Source: an uncultured Gemmatimonadaceae bacterium (GTDB lineage Bacteria > Gemmatimonadota > Gemmatimonadetes > Gemmatimonadales > Gemmatimonadaceae). From it: 64,000 bases of DNA. Below the pieces are notes generated by a model. The model had not been told where the DNA came from. It searched no databases and worked only from the letters and a program-made list of their open reading frames with translations. Below are positions 53,569-62,414 of the stretch, in pieces. Numbering within the stretch: position 1 is the stretch's first letter; each line of letters opens with the position of its first letter. The stretch is taken from NCBI GenBank assembly GCA_963716745.1, contig OY970320.1:1184001-1248000 (forward strand). Reading direction: 5' to 3'. The translations under genes were made by a program, and so were the position numbers.

Positions 53569-54525
53569 ATGCGCGAGCCACGTCGATTGGTTGTATCACT
53601 CATCCCCGCCGTAGCGGCGATCGTCGCGGCTAGCTGCGGCACGAGCTCGACAGAATCAAGAACGAGCGACCAGCTCGGAACCTGGACCACGGTCACGTCG
53701 GTGCCGAACATGAACGTGGTGCTGGGCGCGGCCGAAGACAACGGCATTCTCTACGTGCTAGGGTCCGCCGGCGACACATCGGTCGTCCCCGTGCTGGAGG
53801 CGTACGACCCGGCTAGCGGCAGCTGGACCGCGAAGGCTCCAATGCCCACCCAGCAATGGGGGTTCGCGGTCGCATCGGTCAACGGGATCCTCTTCGCGTT
53901 CGGCGGCATCATTCCGGGGAACCCGGATCACTTCGCGAACACGGTCGAGGCCTATGACCCCGCGACCAATAGCTGGACTACCAAGGCACCAGTACCAACG
54001 TACCGCACCGATCTCGGCGCCGCCGCGATCGGCGGGATCATCTATGTCGTTGGAGGCAATAACAACGCGGATGTAGCGGCGTACGATCCGGCAACGGACA
54101 GCTGGACGACGAAGGCGTCGATACCGACCATACCCGTTCTGCCAAGGGTCGCGACCGCGAATGGTATGCTGTACTCGATCACCGGCATCGACCGGCCGAC
54201 GCCGCCTGATACCGCCAGTGTGTACACGGTGAAGATACAGGCATTTGATCCGGCCGGCGGCACATGGAGCACGAGGACGCCGTTGCCGACTGACGGCGGG
54301 GGAGTCACGGCCGGCGCCATCGGAAGCACTGTGTACCTGGTCGGCGGGAGGAACGCGACGACGACTGCCGCCTACGACCCAGCGACCGACAGTTGGAGCG
54401 CCCGCGCGCCGATGCATGTTGGACGGTCGTTCCCGCTGATCGCGACCGTGAACGGCGTTCTCTACGCGATCAGCGGCCACAATAATTCCGGCAACATCAT
54501 GTCGGTCGAGGCGTTCACGCCCTGA
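53569..54525 (+). CDS. Kelch-repeat lipoprotein
   Basis: GAGGAGG RBS; AASC lipobox; YVVGG..YDPATDSW..APMP repeats. Confidence 0.9.
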   Translation: MREPRRLVVSLIPAVAAIVAASCGTSSTESRTSDQLGTWTTVTSVPNMNVVLGAAEDNGILYVLGSAGDTSVVPVLEAYDPASGSWTAKAPMPTQQWGFAVASVNGILFAFGGIIPGNPDHFANTVEAYDPATNSWTTKAPVPTYRTDLGAAAIGGIIYVVGGNNNADVAAYDPATDSWTTKASIPTIPVLPRVATANGMLYSITGIDRPTPPDTASVYTVKIQAFDPAGGTWSTRTPLPTDGGGVTAGAIGSTVYLVGGRNATTTAAYDPATDSWSARAPMHVGRSFPLIATVNGVLYAISGHNNSGNIMSVEAFTP

Positions 54526-54547
54526 CCGCCACTCGCGACCCCCGCTC

Positions 54548-57325
54548 CTACGGCGCCGGCTTCGCCGGCGCCGCGGGCGCGGGCTTCGCGAAATCGCCCG
54601 CCTTCACGTTGGTGAGTTCGGCCGGCACGATGTACTTGCGCAGCGCGTCGTTCACCTGCTGCACGGTGAGTGACTTCACCTGGGCCTCGAGCTTGGCGTC
54701 GAACTCGAGCGTGCGGCCGACATCGCGGCGCGCCACGAGGATCGCGGCCAACTCACCGTCGTTCGATCGCGACTGCTGCGTCAGCTGCAGCCAGCGTGAC
54801 TTCGCCGTCGCCAGCTCCTCGGCCGTCACGCCGTCCTTGAGGATGCGCGCGAGCTCCTCCTGATAGTCCGCGATGAGATGCGCGGCGTTCTGCGGCGCGT
54901 AGATCGCGTTCACGGTCCACGAGCCCCCGTCATCCACCGCCGGGATGCTGAACCGCGAACCGACTCCGTAGCTGAGCCCGTCGTGTTCGCGAATGCGCGT
55001 CCACAAGCGCGAACTCTCCGCGCCGCCCAGGATCGTGTTGCCGATCAGGACCGCGGCGTAGTCGGGCGACGCGTCGTTGAGCTTCACGTTGAGGCCGGAG
55101 TAGAACAGTGCGTTGGCCTTGTCCGGCGTCTCGATCGAGAGCGAAGACGAATCGACCTTCTGATATGGATTGGGAATGCGTACCCACGCCGTGGGAGCCT
55201 TCCAATTGCCGAGGTCACTCGCCGCCCATTTGCGCACGGCGGCGGTGTCGATGTCGCCGATCAGCACGAGGTCGGCCGCGGCGGCGCCGTAGAAATCGGC
55301 GTGGAACGCTTTCGTCTGCGCGAGCGTTACACCCTTCGTCATCGCGATCTCTTCCTCGACCGTGGGCGTGTACAGCGGATTCCCCACGGGCTTCGGGCGC
55401 AGCCTCCGGCTGAACGCCGTGCCTGCGAGCGCCTCCGGGTCCGAGACGTTCTGCTCGAGATCGGCGAGTTGCTCCTGGCGCAGCTGCTCGAACTCCACGC
55501 TGTCGAAGCGCGGCTTGCGCGCCATCTCGCTCACGAGCGCGAGCACCGCGGGCACACTCGCCTGCACCGTCTGGATCGCGAAGGTGACGCTGCGTGCCGA
55601 CCCTCCGATGCCGACGCGCGCCTTGAGACGGTCGAGACTGTCCTTGAGCTGCTGGCGCGTGAGCGTGGCGGTGCCGCGATCGAGCATGTCGGCCGCCATC
55701 TCGCCCGCCTCGGCGCGGCCCGTGAGCGACTGCTCCGTGCCGAGCCGCAGCACGAGCCGGCCCACCACCTGGCCGCCGCGCGTCTTCTTCGAGAGCAGGC
55801 TCACGCGCATGCCGTTCGGCAGCGTCGCGAACTGCGTGCGCGCATCGATATTGGCGGGCGACGCGTCGAACGCCTCACCGGCCACGAAGTTCGAATCGCC
55901 GTGGTAGCCGCGCACCAGTGCCATGATGTCCACCGGCCCCGGGATCTCGGATCGATCGGGCTTCGCGGTGGGATAGAACAAGCCCACCGTCACGTTCGAC
56001 GGCTTGAGATACGCTGCCGCGACGCGCTGCACATCCGCCGGCGTGATCTTCTTGATGCGATCGCGGTTCACGAACAGCAGGCGCCAATCGCCGGCGGCCT
56101 GCCATTCACTGATCTGAAGACCCACCTGCGCGCTGTTATTCAGCAGGAGGTCGATCCCCTTCAAGAGCGAAGTTTTTGCGCGGTCCACTTCCTGGGCGGT
56201 GGGCGGATGAGTGACCACGCTGTCGATCGTGCGCAGCAGCGCGGTGCGCGCGGAGTCGAGCGAACTCTCCTGTCGCACCTGAGCGTACGCGATGAGCGTG
56301 CCGGGCTCCTTGCGTCCAAAGTCGAAGGCGCCGGCGCTGGCCGCGAGCTTCGTTACGACGAGCGACTGATAGAGGCGGCCCGACGGTTCGTCGCCGAGGA
56401 TGGAGGCGAGCACGTTGATCGCGGCGTAGTCGGGGTGCGAGAGCGCGGGGATGTGATAGACCGCGATCACCGCTTGCACGTCGCCCACGCGGCGCAGCGT
56501 GACCGACCGCTCGCCATCCTGCGTCGGTTCCACCGTGTACGTGGGGAAGAGGATGTTGCCGTGGGATTCCGAGCGCACCGGCTTGGGGATGCGGCCGAAG
56601 GTCTTCTCGATCTGGGCGAGCGCGGCGGCGGGATCGAACTTCCCGGCGACGAGCAACACCGCGTTGTCGGGCTGATAGTACTTGTGATAGAAGGCCTGCA
56701 GGCGCTCGATGGGCGCGTTCTCAATGTCGGAGCGCGCGCCGATCGTCGAGTGGCCGTAGTTGTGCCAGAGGTACGCCGTGGAGAGCGTGCGCTCGAGGAG
56801 GATCGAGAAGGGATCGTTCTCACCGGCCTCGAACTCATTGCGCACGACCGTCATCTCCGAGCTGCGGTCCTTCTCGGCGATGTAGCTGTTCGTCATACGG
56901 TCGGCTTCGAAGGCGAGCGCCCAATTGAGATTCTCCGTGGTGGCCGGGAGCGTCTCGAAGTAGTTCGTGCGATCGTCCCAGGTGCTGGCGTTGTTGCGCG
57001 CGCCGTGCCGGTCCGATTCGCCGTTGATGTCCTTATGCGTGGGCGTGCCCTTGAACTGGAGATGTTCGAGGAGGTGCGCCATGCCCGTCTCGCCGTAGCC
57101 TTCGAATCGCGAGCCCACCATGTACGTGATGTTCACCGTGACCGTCGCCTTCGACTGATCGGGGAAGAGCAGCACGCGAAGTCCGTTGGGAAGCTGGTAC
57201 TCCGTGATGCCTTCGACCGTGGTGACTTTGACGGCCTTCGCCGCGGGGGCGGCGGGCTTGGCGGCCTGCGCGGAGAGCACGGCGGTGACGAAAAGGAGCG
57301 AGCCAGCAAGGCGGAGAGCGCGCAT
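54548..57325 (-). CDS. M16 (pitrilysin-like) zinc peptidase
   Basis: Signal peptide; GETGMAHLLEH (HxxEH), NASTW.DRTNY, RIREHDGLSYG. Confidence 0.95.
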   Translation of the reverse strand: MRALRLAGSLLFVTAVLSAQAAKPAAPAAKAVKVTTVEGITEYQLPNGLRVLLFPDQSKATVTVNITYMVGSRFEGYGETGMAHLLEHLQFKGTPTHKDINGESDRHGARNNASTWDDRTNYFETLPATTENLNWALAFEADRMTNSYIAEKDRSSEMTVVRNEFEAGENDPFSILLERTLSTAYLWHNYGHSTIGARSDIENAPIERLQAFYHKYYQPDNAVLLVAGKFDPAAALAQIEKTFGRIPKPVRSESHGNILFPTYTVEPTQDGERSVTLRRVGDVQAVIAVYHIPALSHPDYAAINVLASILGDEPSGRLYQSLVVTKLAASAGAFDFGRKEPGTLIAYAQVRQESSLDSARTALLRTIDSVVTHPPTAQEVDRAKTSLLKGIDLLLNNSAQVGLQISEWQAAGDWRLLFVNRDRIKKITPADVQRVAAAYLKPSNVTVGLFYPTAKPDRSEIPGPVDIMALVRGYHGDSNFVAGEAFDASPANIDARTQFATLPNGMRVSLLSKKTRGGQVVGRLVLRLGTEQSLTGRAEAGEMAADMLDRGTATLTRQQLKDSLDRLKARVGIGGSARSVTFAIQTVQASVPAVLALVSEMARKPRFDSVEFEQLRQEQLADLEQNVSDPEALAGTAFSRRLRPKPVGNPLYTPTVEEEIAMTKGVTLAQTKAFHADFYGAAAADLVLIGDIDTAAVRKWAASDLGNWKAPTAWVRIPNPYQKVDSSSLSIETPDKANALFYSGLNVKLNDASPDYAAVLIGNTILGGAESSRLWTRIREHDGLSYGVGSRFSIPAVDDGGSWTVNAIYAPQNAAHLIADYQEELARILKDGVTAEELATAKSRWLQLTQQSRSNDGELAAILVARRDVGRTLEFDAKLEAQVKSLTVQQVNDALRKYIVPAELTNVKAGDFAKPAPAAPAKPAP

Positions 57326-57474
57326 TGGGTCCGTGAGGATGAGGAGTGGAGACGGGAGGGACAATGAATTTGTCCCGCGGCGCCGCGGAATGCCACAGGT
57401 GCGCGCAACGCTGTCGGGCATGCCGCCGTACCCAGGAGAGAGGGCCCTACAGAGCTTGTCGCAAGGAGGTCGCG

Positions 57475-58050
57475 ATGATCCGCACGCGCTTGCCCAACGT
57501 CTTGAATTCGTTGCTCCTGTCGGCCCTCGCCGCGACCGCCCCGGTCGCCCGTGCTCAGGCGGCTGGCCCGGCGACGCTCGAACAGCTCGGAGGACTGATC
57601 GACAGCGCCGCCGCAGCGCTCGGTTCGGCGCGCGAGATCGAGCGTTCGCTGCGCCTCGAGGCTGACCACCAGCAGATGTTCGTGACCTCGATGCAGGCAC
57701 ATTCGATCGATCCGATCGGCTGCAGCAGCAATCCCGCCGACGACGGAGGCAGCCCATGCAACGGGGTCGAGCCATACATTCCGAGCACGCTCAGCAATGC
57801 TGACTCAGCGGCGTACGTTCAGAACCTGACCGCGCAGCTCGAGCAGCTGGATCGGCGCATCAACGAGATCCTGCACGCGATCAGAGGAGCGGACTACACT
57901 GGCGCGCCGGAGGCGTGGTCGAAGGGAATGAGAGCATGCGCGTCGATTCAACGGGACGCTGCAGTCAACTGCCTCAGGGGAGCGTGGCGGAAGCGTCCGG
58001 CGCAGGTCGACGCGGTGCCTCGGGACTCGGCTCCAGACCGGTCACACTGA
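57475..58050 (+). CDS. Secreted hypothetical protein with four Cys
   Basis: AAGGAGG RBS; signal peptide ending ARAQA; 3' end overlaps the convergent rnhB. Confidence 0.6.
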   Translation: MIRTRLPNVLNSLLLSALAATAPVARAQAAGPATLEQLGGLIDSAAAALGSAREIERSLRLEADHQQMFVTSMQAHSIDPIGCSSNPADDGGSPCNGVEPYIPSTLSNADSAAYVQNLTAQLEQLDRRINEILHAIRGADYTGAPEAWSKGMRACASIQRDAAVNCLRGAWRKRPAQVDAVPRDSAPDRSH

Positions 58051-58639
58051 ACGACCGACGGTGGTGCGCCGTGAATCCCGCGTCGCGCAACGCGCTCACA
58101 TGCTCAGGCGTGCCATAACCGGCGTTGCGCTCCCAAGCGTACGCGGGATGACGCAGTGACAGCGCCGTGAGCAGGCGGTCGCGCGTGACCTTGGCGATGA
58201 TCGACGCGCACGCGATGTGGAAGCAGCGCGCGTCGCCTTTCACGACTGCGGTATGCTCCACGTCGAGCGCGCGCATCGGAAGGCCATCGAGGAGGATGTG
58301 ATCGGGGCGCATCACGAGGCGCTGGATCGCGCGCCGCATGGCGAGCGCGGTGGCCTGGTAGATGTTGATGCGGTCGATCTCGCGCGCGGAGGCGGCGCCG
58401 AGTGCGATGCAGAGCGCGCGGGCGCGAATGATGCGCGCGAGCCGGCGGCGTTCGCTCGCCGTGAGCATCTTCGAGTCATCGACGCCCGCGATCGCGCGCT
58501 CGCCGGGGCGCATGATGATCGCGCATGCGACGACGGGGCCCGCAAGGGAGCCCCGTCCGACTTCATCGATCCCGGCTATCAATTGGCCGCCCGAGCGGCG
58601 GAGGTCCGATTCGATCTCCGACCAGCGCCGGGGCGACGT
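57974..58639 (-). CDS. rnhB: Ribonuclease HII (start uncertain: ACG 58639 or TTG 58582)
   Basis: AGIDEVGRGSLAGPVV, DDSKML, LLDG, KGDA, ASIIAKVTRD, GYGTPEH, HRRSF. Confidence 0.95.
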   Translation of the reverse strand, partial: TSPRRWSEIESDLRRSGGQLIAGIDEVGRGSLAGPVVACAIIMRPGERAIAGVDDSKMLTASERRRLARIIRARALCIALGAASAREIDRINIYQATALAMRRAIQRLVMRPDHILLDGLPMRALDVEHTAVVKGDARCFHIACASIIAKVTRDRLLTALSLRHPAYAWERNAGYGTPEHVSALRDAGFTAHHRRSFSVTGLEPSPEAPRRPAPDASATLP

Positions 58640-58644
58640 GTGAC

Positions 58645-59028
58645 TTACTCCGCCGGTTCCTTGGTGCCGACTTCGGCGATCAGGCGCGCCTTCTTCTCGC
58701 GGATGCGGCCCGACTTGCCGGTCGCTTCGCGGAGGAAGAAGAGCTTGGCGCGGCGCACGCGGCCGCGGCGCATCACGGACAGGCTGCCGATCATCGGGCT
58801 GTGCACCGGGAAGATGCGCTCGACGCCCACACCGTTCGACACCTTCCGCACGGTGAACGTCTCGCTCACACCGGCGCCGCGGCGCGCGATGCACACGCCT
58901 TCGAACGCCTGGAGGCGCTCCTTGTCCCCTTCCTTCACGCGGACGTTCACGCGGAGCGTGTCGCCGGCACGGAAGGGCGGGATGTCGGTGCGCATGTACT
59001 CTTTCTGGGTCTCGGAAAATACGTGCAT
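58645..59028 (-). CDS. rplS: 50S ribosomal protein L19
   Basis: [38 protein letters not shown]. Confidence 0.98.
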   Translation of the reverse strand: MHVFSETQKEYMRTDIPPFRAGDTLRVNVRVKEGDKERLQAFEGVCIARRGAGVSETFTVRKVSNGVGVERIFPVHSPMIGSLSVMRRGRVRRAKLFFLREATGKSGRIREKKARLIAEVGTKEPAE

Positions 59029-59124
59029 ATCAGGCTCCAGGCGGCATTCGCGCCAGGGTCAGAGTCGGACTTGGGTAGTCGGTAAAGCTAATGGGGCTGC
59101 GGGGTTTATGCCAGTCAAGCGAGT

Positions 59125-59394
59125 GGGACTCATCGGTCGTCGCGAACCATGAGGCAAGGCTGGCTTCAAGGTCGAAGGTTCGACCGGATCAACCGGATGA
59201 TCCGGATCGATCGGATACCTCCGTGTGCTTGATGAGCAGATCGCGAGGCGCCGGGTTTCCGTACTTGTTGTTAACTACAAGAACAACGGCCGGAAGGCAC
59301 GCAATGCGATCGACCCGGGCATGGAGGTATCCGGATAATCCGGATCATCCGGTTGATCCGGTCGAAACTTGGACCTTGATGCTAGCCGAGTCCC
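59125..59394. repeat. ~270-nt foldback element with 9-nt CCGGAT-based units (element H)
   Basis: TTCGACCGGATCAACCGGATGATCCGGAT / ATCCGGATCATCCGGTTGATCCGGTCGAA, GGATACCTCC/GGAGGTATCC, GGGACTC/GAGTCCC. Confidence 0.9.
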
Positions 59395-59395
59395 G

Positions 59396-60064
59396 TTAGT
59401 CCTGACGGTGCTTGGTGCGAATTCGCCCTTGCTCTGCCCTCCATGCCGCGATCTTGGCGTGGTCTCCAGACAACAGCACGTCGGGCACTTTGAAGCCGCG
59501 GAAATCCGCCGGCCTCGTGTAGCTCGGCGCGCTGATGCCGTCGGTGCCGTGTTCGCCGAATGAATCTGTGCGGGCGCTCTCGGCGTCGGACATCGCGCCG
59601 GGCATGAGGCGCGCGACGGCGTCCACGATCGCGAGCGCGGCGGGCTCGCCGCCGCTCAAGATGAAATCGCCGAGTGAGATCTCCTCGGTGGCGAGGTGGT
59701 CGGCGACGCGCTGGTCGACGTCCTTGTAGTGGCCGCAGAGGACCGTGAGTTCTTCGCCCGCTGCGTAGCGCACCGCGTGTTGCTGCGTGAACTGCCGCCC
59801 GCGCGCGGAAACGAGCACGATCGGCGCGCGCGCGCCGATCGACTCCACCGCTTCGAAGAATGGATCGGGTTTCATGACCATGCCGGCGCCGCCGCCGAAG
59901 GGAGCGTCGTCCACGGTGCGGTGCTTGTCGTGCGTGAAGTCGCGCAGGTCGATCACGCGATACTCCACGCCGCCGGCCGCGGCGGCGCGCGATGGGATGG
60001 AGATGCCGAGCGGCCCCGCGAAGAACTCGGGGAAGATGGTGATGATGTTCACGCGAAGCGTCAT
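59396..60064 (-). CDS. trmD: tRNA (guanine37-N1)-methyltransferase
   Basis: TVDDAPFGGGAGMVMKP, CGHYKDVDQRV, SLGDFILSGGE, SYTRP, LLSGDH. Confidence 0.97.
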   Translation of the reverse strand: MTLRVNIITIFPEFFAGPLGISIPSRAAAAGGVEYRVIDLRDFTHDKHRTVDDAPFGGGAGMVMKPDPFFEAVESIGARAPIVLVSARGRQFTQQHAVRYAAGEELTVLCGHYKDVDQRVADHLATEEISLGDFILSGGEPAALAIVDAVARLMPGAMSDAESARTDSFGEHGTDGISAPSYTRPADFRGFKVPDVLLSGDHAKIAAWRAEQGRIRTKHRQD

Positions 60065-60597
60065 TCGAACAATCCGTCCGGCGGTGCGGCGGTGATCGTG
60101 CGCGCCGCGCGGTCCACGTGGCGCACGAACAGATACGGAAGCAACACCGTGCCCGACTTCCAGTGCACGTCCAATGCGAGTCCCGCGGGCAGTTCGTAGA
60201 TGTCCTTCACCGCGCCGAGCTCGGCGCCGCTCTCGAGCATCACGCGCATGCCGGGCAGTTCGTGGAGGTACACGTCATCCTCCTCGGGCGGCGGCAGCTC
60301 GCCGCGGGGCGCGAGCAAGTAGTGCAAACGCCAGCGCGCCGTCTCGTCGCGGCCGGGCACCTCGTGGAATCCCAGCAGCCACGAACCATCGAAGCGCTCG
60401 GTGGCCCGCGCGAGCGTGAGCGTCTCGTCCTTGGGGCTGGGATCGCCCTTGTCGGTACCCATGACGAAACGACGGCCGGCCACGAAGACCGCGGCCGGCG
60501 CGTCGGTGATCACTTCCACGATCATGTCGCCTTTCACGCCGTGCGCGCGGCGCAGCCGCCCGACGATCACGAGATCGCGGGCGTCGCGCGCGCTCAT
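60061..60597 (-). CDS. rimM: Ribosome maturation factor
   Basis: VGRLRRAHGVKG, YLHELPGMRV, LLPY, PPDGLF; between rpsP and trmD. Confidence 0.93.
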   Translation of the reverse strand: MSARDARDLVIVGRLRRAHGVKGDMIVEVITDAPAAVFVAGRRFVMGTDKGDPSPKDETLTLARATERFDGSWLLGFHEVPGRDETARWRLHYLLAPRGELPPPEEDDVYLHELPGMRVMLESGAELGAVKDIYELPAGLALDVHWKSGTVLLPYLFVRHVDRAARTITAAPPDGLFE

Positions 60598-60598
60598 G

Positions 60599-60907
60599 CT
60601 ACTTCGTTTCCTTCACCGGCGTCGCGCCCGCGACCTTCTTGGCCGCGACGCGCGCCGTGTGGCGCGTCTTCAGCACGCCCGCGCGGCGGAGCAGCGAGCG
60701 CACGGTGTCGCTCGGCTGCGCGCCCACATCGAGCCAGTAGTTGGCGCGGTCGATCTCGATGTTCAGGCCGCCTTCGGCGAGGCGGGGATTGTACTGGCCG
60801 ATCGTCTCGATGAACCGGCCGTCACGCGGGCTGCGCTGATCGGCGACGACGATGCGGTAGATCGGCGTCTTCTTACGGCCGACGCGGCGGAGTCTGATGC
60901 GAACCAT
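60599..60907 (-). CDS. rpsP: 30S ribosomal protein S16
   Basis: [40 protein letters not shown]. Confidence 0.98.
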   Translation of the reverse strand: MVRIRLRRVGRKKTPIYRIVVADQRSPRDGRFIETIGQYNPRLAEGGLNIEIDRANYWLDVGAQPSDTVRSLLRRAGVLKTRHTARVAAKKVAGATPVKETK

Positions 60908-61028
60908 TGAAAATCCTCACTGTCCGAAGGTCTGATCCTGCGCTGGGCTCATCGCGATCGCCGGCGATTCCGGCGTCGCACCCAGTCCTTATCCCATCAC
61001 GCACGACTCATAACTCACGCCGTTGGAT

Positions 61029-62357
61029 TTACCGACGGCCCATGAGTCCGGGCATGTTCATTCTTCCCCCCGTCCCCATCTTTTTCATCATCTTCTGCAT
61101 CTCGCGGAACTGGTCGAGCAATTTATTCACCTCGCTCGTCGGCCGTCCGCTGCCTCTCGAGATCCGCAGGCGGCGCGAACCATCGATGAGCTTCGGATCC
61201 TTCCGCTCCGCCGGCGTCATCGAGAGCACGATCGCCTCGATGTGGCGCATGCGGTTGGGATCCATGTTCGCCTGCTTCAGCATCTTGGGGTTCACGCCGG
61301 GCAGCATCTTGAGAATGCCTTCCATCGGCCCCATCCGCTGGATCTGCTTGAGCGACGCGAGGAAATCCTGCAGGTCCATCCCCTCGCGGCGCACTTTCTT
61401 CTCGAGCTTCTTCGTCTCTTCGGCGTCGAACGCTTCCTGCGCCTTCTCGACGAGCGTTACCACGTCGCCCATCTGCAGGATCCGCCCCGCCATGCGCTCG
61501 GGATGGAACTCTTCGAGCGCCTCGAGCCCTTCGCCCACGCCGATGTACTTGATCGGCTTCTTCGTGATCCCGTAGATCGACAGCGCCGCGCCACCGCGCG
61601 CATCGCCGTCCATCTTCGTGAGGATCACGCCCGTCACGCCCAGCGCATCGTTGAAGCCCTGCGCGATCTTCACCGCGTCCTGCCCCGTCATGCCGTCGGC
61701 CACGAGGAGGATCTCGTCGGGGTGGACGGCCTGCTTCAGGCGCTTCAATTCATCCATCAGCGCTTCGTCGATCTGCAAGCGGCCGGCGGTGTCGATGATG
61801 ACCACCCGGTCGCGCGCCTTCTTCGCCGCTTCCACGCCGTGCCGCGCGATCGCGATCACGTCCTTCGAATCGCGGTCCGCGTACACCGGCACATCGATCT
61901 TCTTGCCGAGCGTCTCGAGCTGGTCGATCGCCGCGGGCCGATGCACGTCCGCCGCGACGAGCCGCACCGCCCGCCCTTCCTTCAGCAGCACTCTCGCGAG
62001 CTTGGCAGCGGTGGTCGTCTTGCCCGAGCCCTGCAGTCCCACGACGAGGATCACGCCCGGCGGGATCGTGCCGAGCTTGAGCGCCTCGCGGCGCTCGCCG
62101 AGCATCGTGGCCAGCTCGTCGTGCACGATCTTCACGAGATGCTGCCCCGGCGCCACCGTTTTCAGGGTAGCAATGCCGGTCGCGCGGCGTTCCACGCGCT
62201 CGAGGAATTCCCGTGTCAGCGCGAAGCTGACATCGGCCTCCAGCAACACGCGGCGGACCTCGCGCAGCCCTTCGCGGACGTCCGCATCGGAGAGCACGCC
62301 CCGCCCGCGAAGGCGGGAAAGGACCCCGTCGAGTTTCTCGGAAAGCTCACCGAACAT
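61029..62357 (-). CDS. ffh: Signal recognition particle protein
   Basis: LLEADV, GLQGSGKTT, DTAGR, TKMDGDARGG, Met-rich M domain. Confidence 0.98.
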   Translation of the reverse strand: MFGELSEKLDGVLSRLRGRGVLSDADVREGLREVRRVLLEADVSFALTREFLERVERRATGIATLKTVAPGQHLVKIVHDELATMLGERREALKLGTIPPGVILVVGLQGSGKTTTAAKLARVLLKEGRAVRLVAADVHRPAAIDQLETLGKKIDVPVYADRDSKDVIAIARHGVEAAKKARDRVVIIDTAGRLQIDEALMDELKRLKQAVHPDEILLVADGMTGQDAVKIAQGFNDALGVTGVILTKMDGDARGGAALSIYGITKKPIKYIGVGEGLEALEEFHPERMAGRILQMGDVVTLVEKAQEAFDAEETKKLEKKVRREGMDLQDFLASLKQIQRMGPMEGILKMLPGVNPKMLKQANMDPNRMRHIEAIVLSMTPAERKDPKLIDGSRRLRISRGSGRPTSEVNKLLDQFREMQKMMKKMGTGGRMNMPGLMGRR

Positions 62358-62414
62358 AGCCTTTAAACGTAGACGCGATTATCATTTAGGGCAACTCTCC
62401 CCCTCGGGAGCTTC

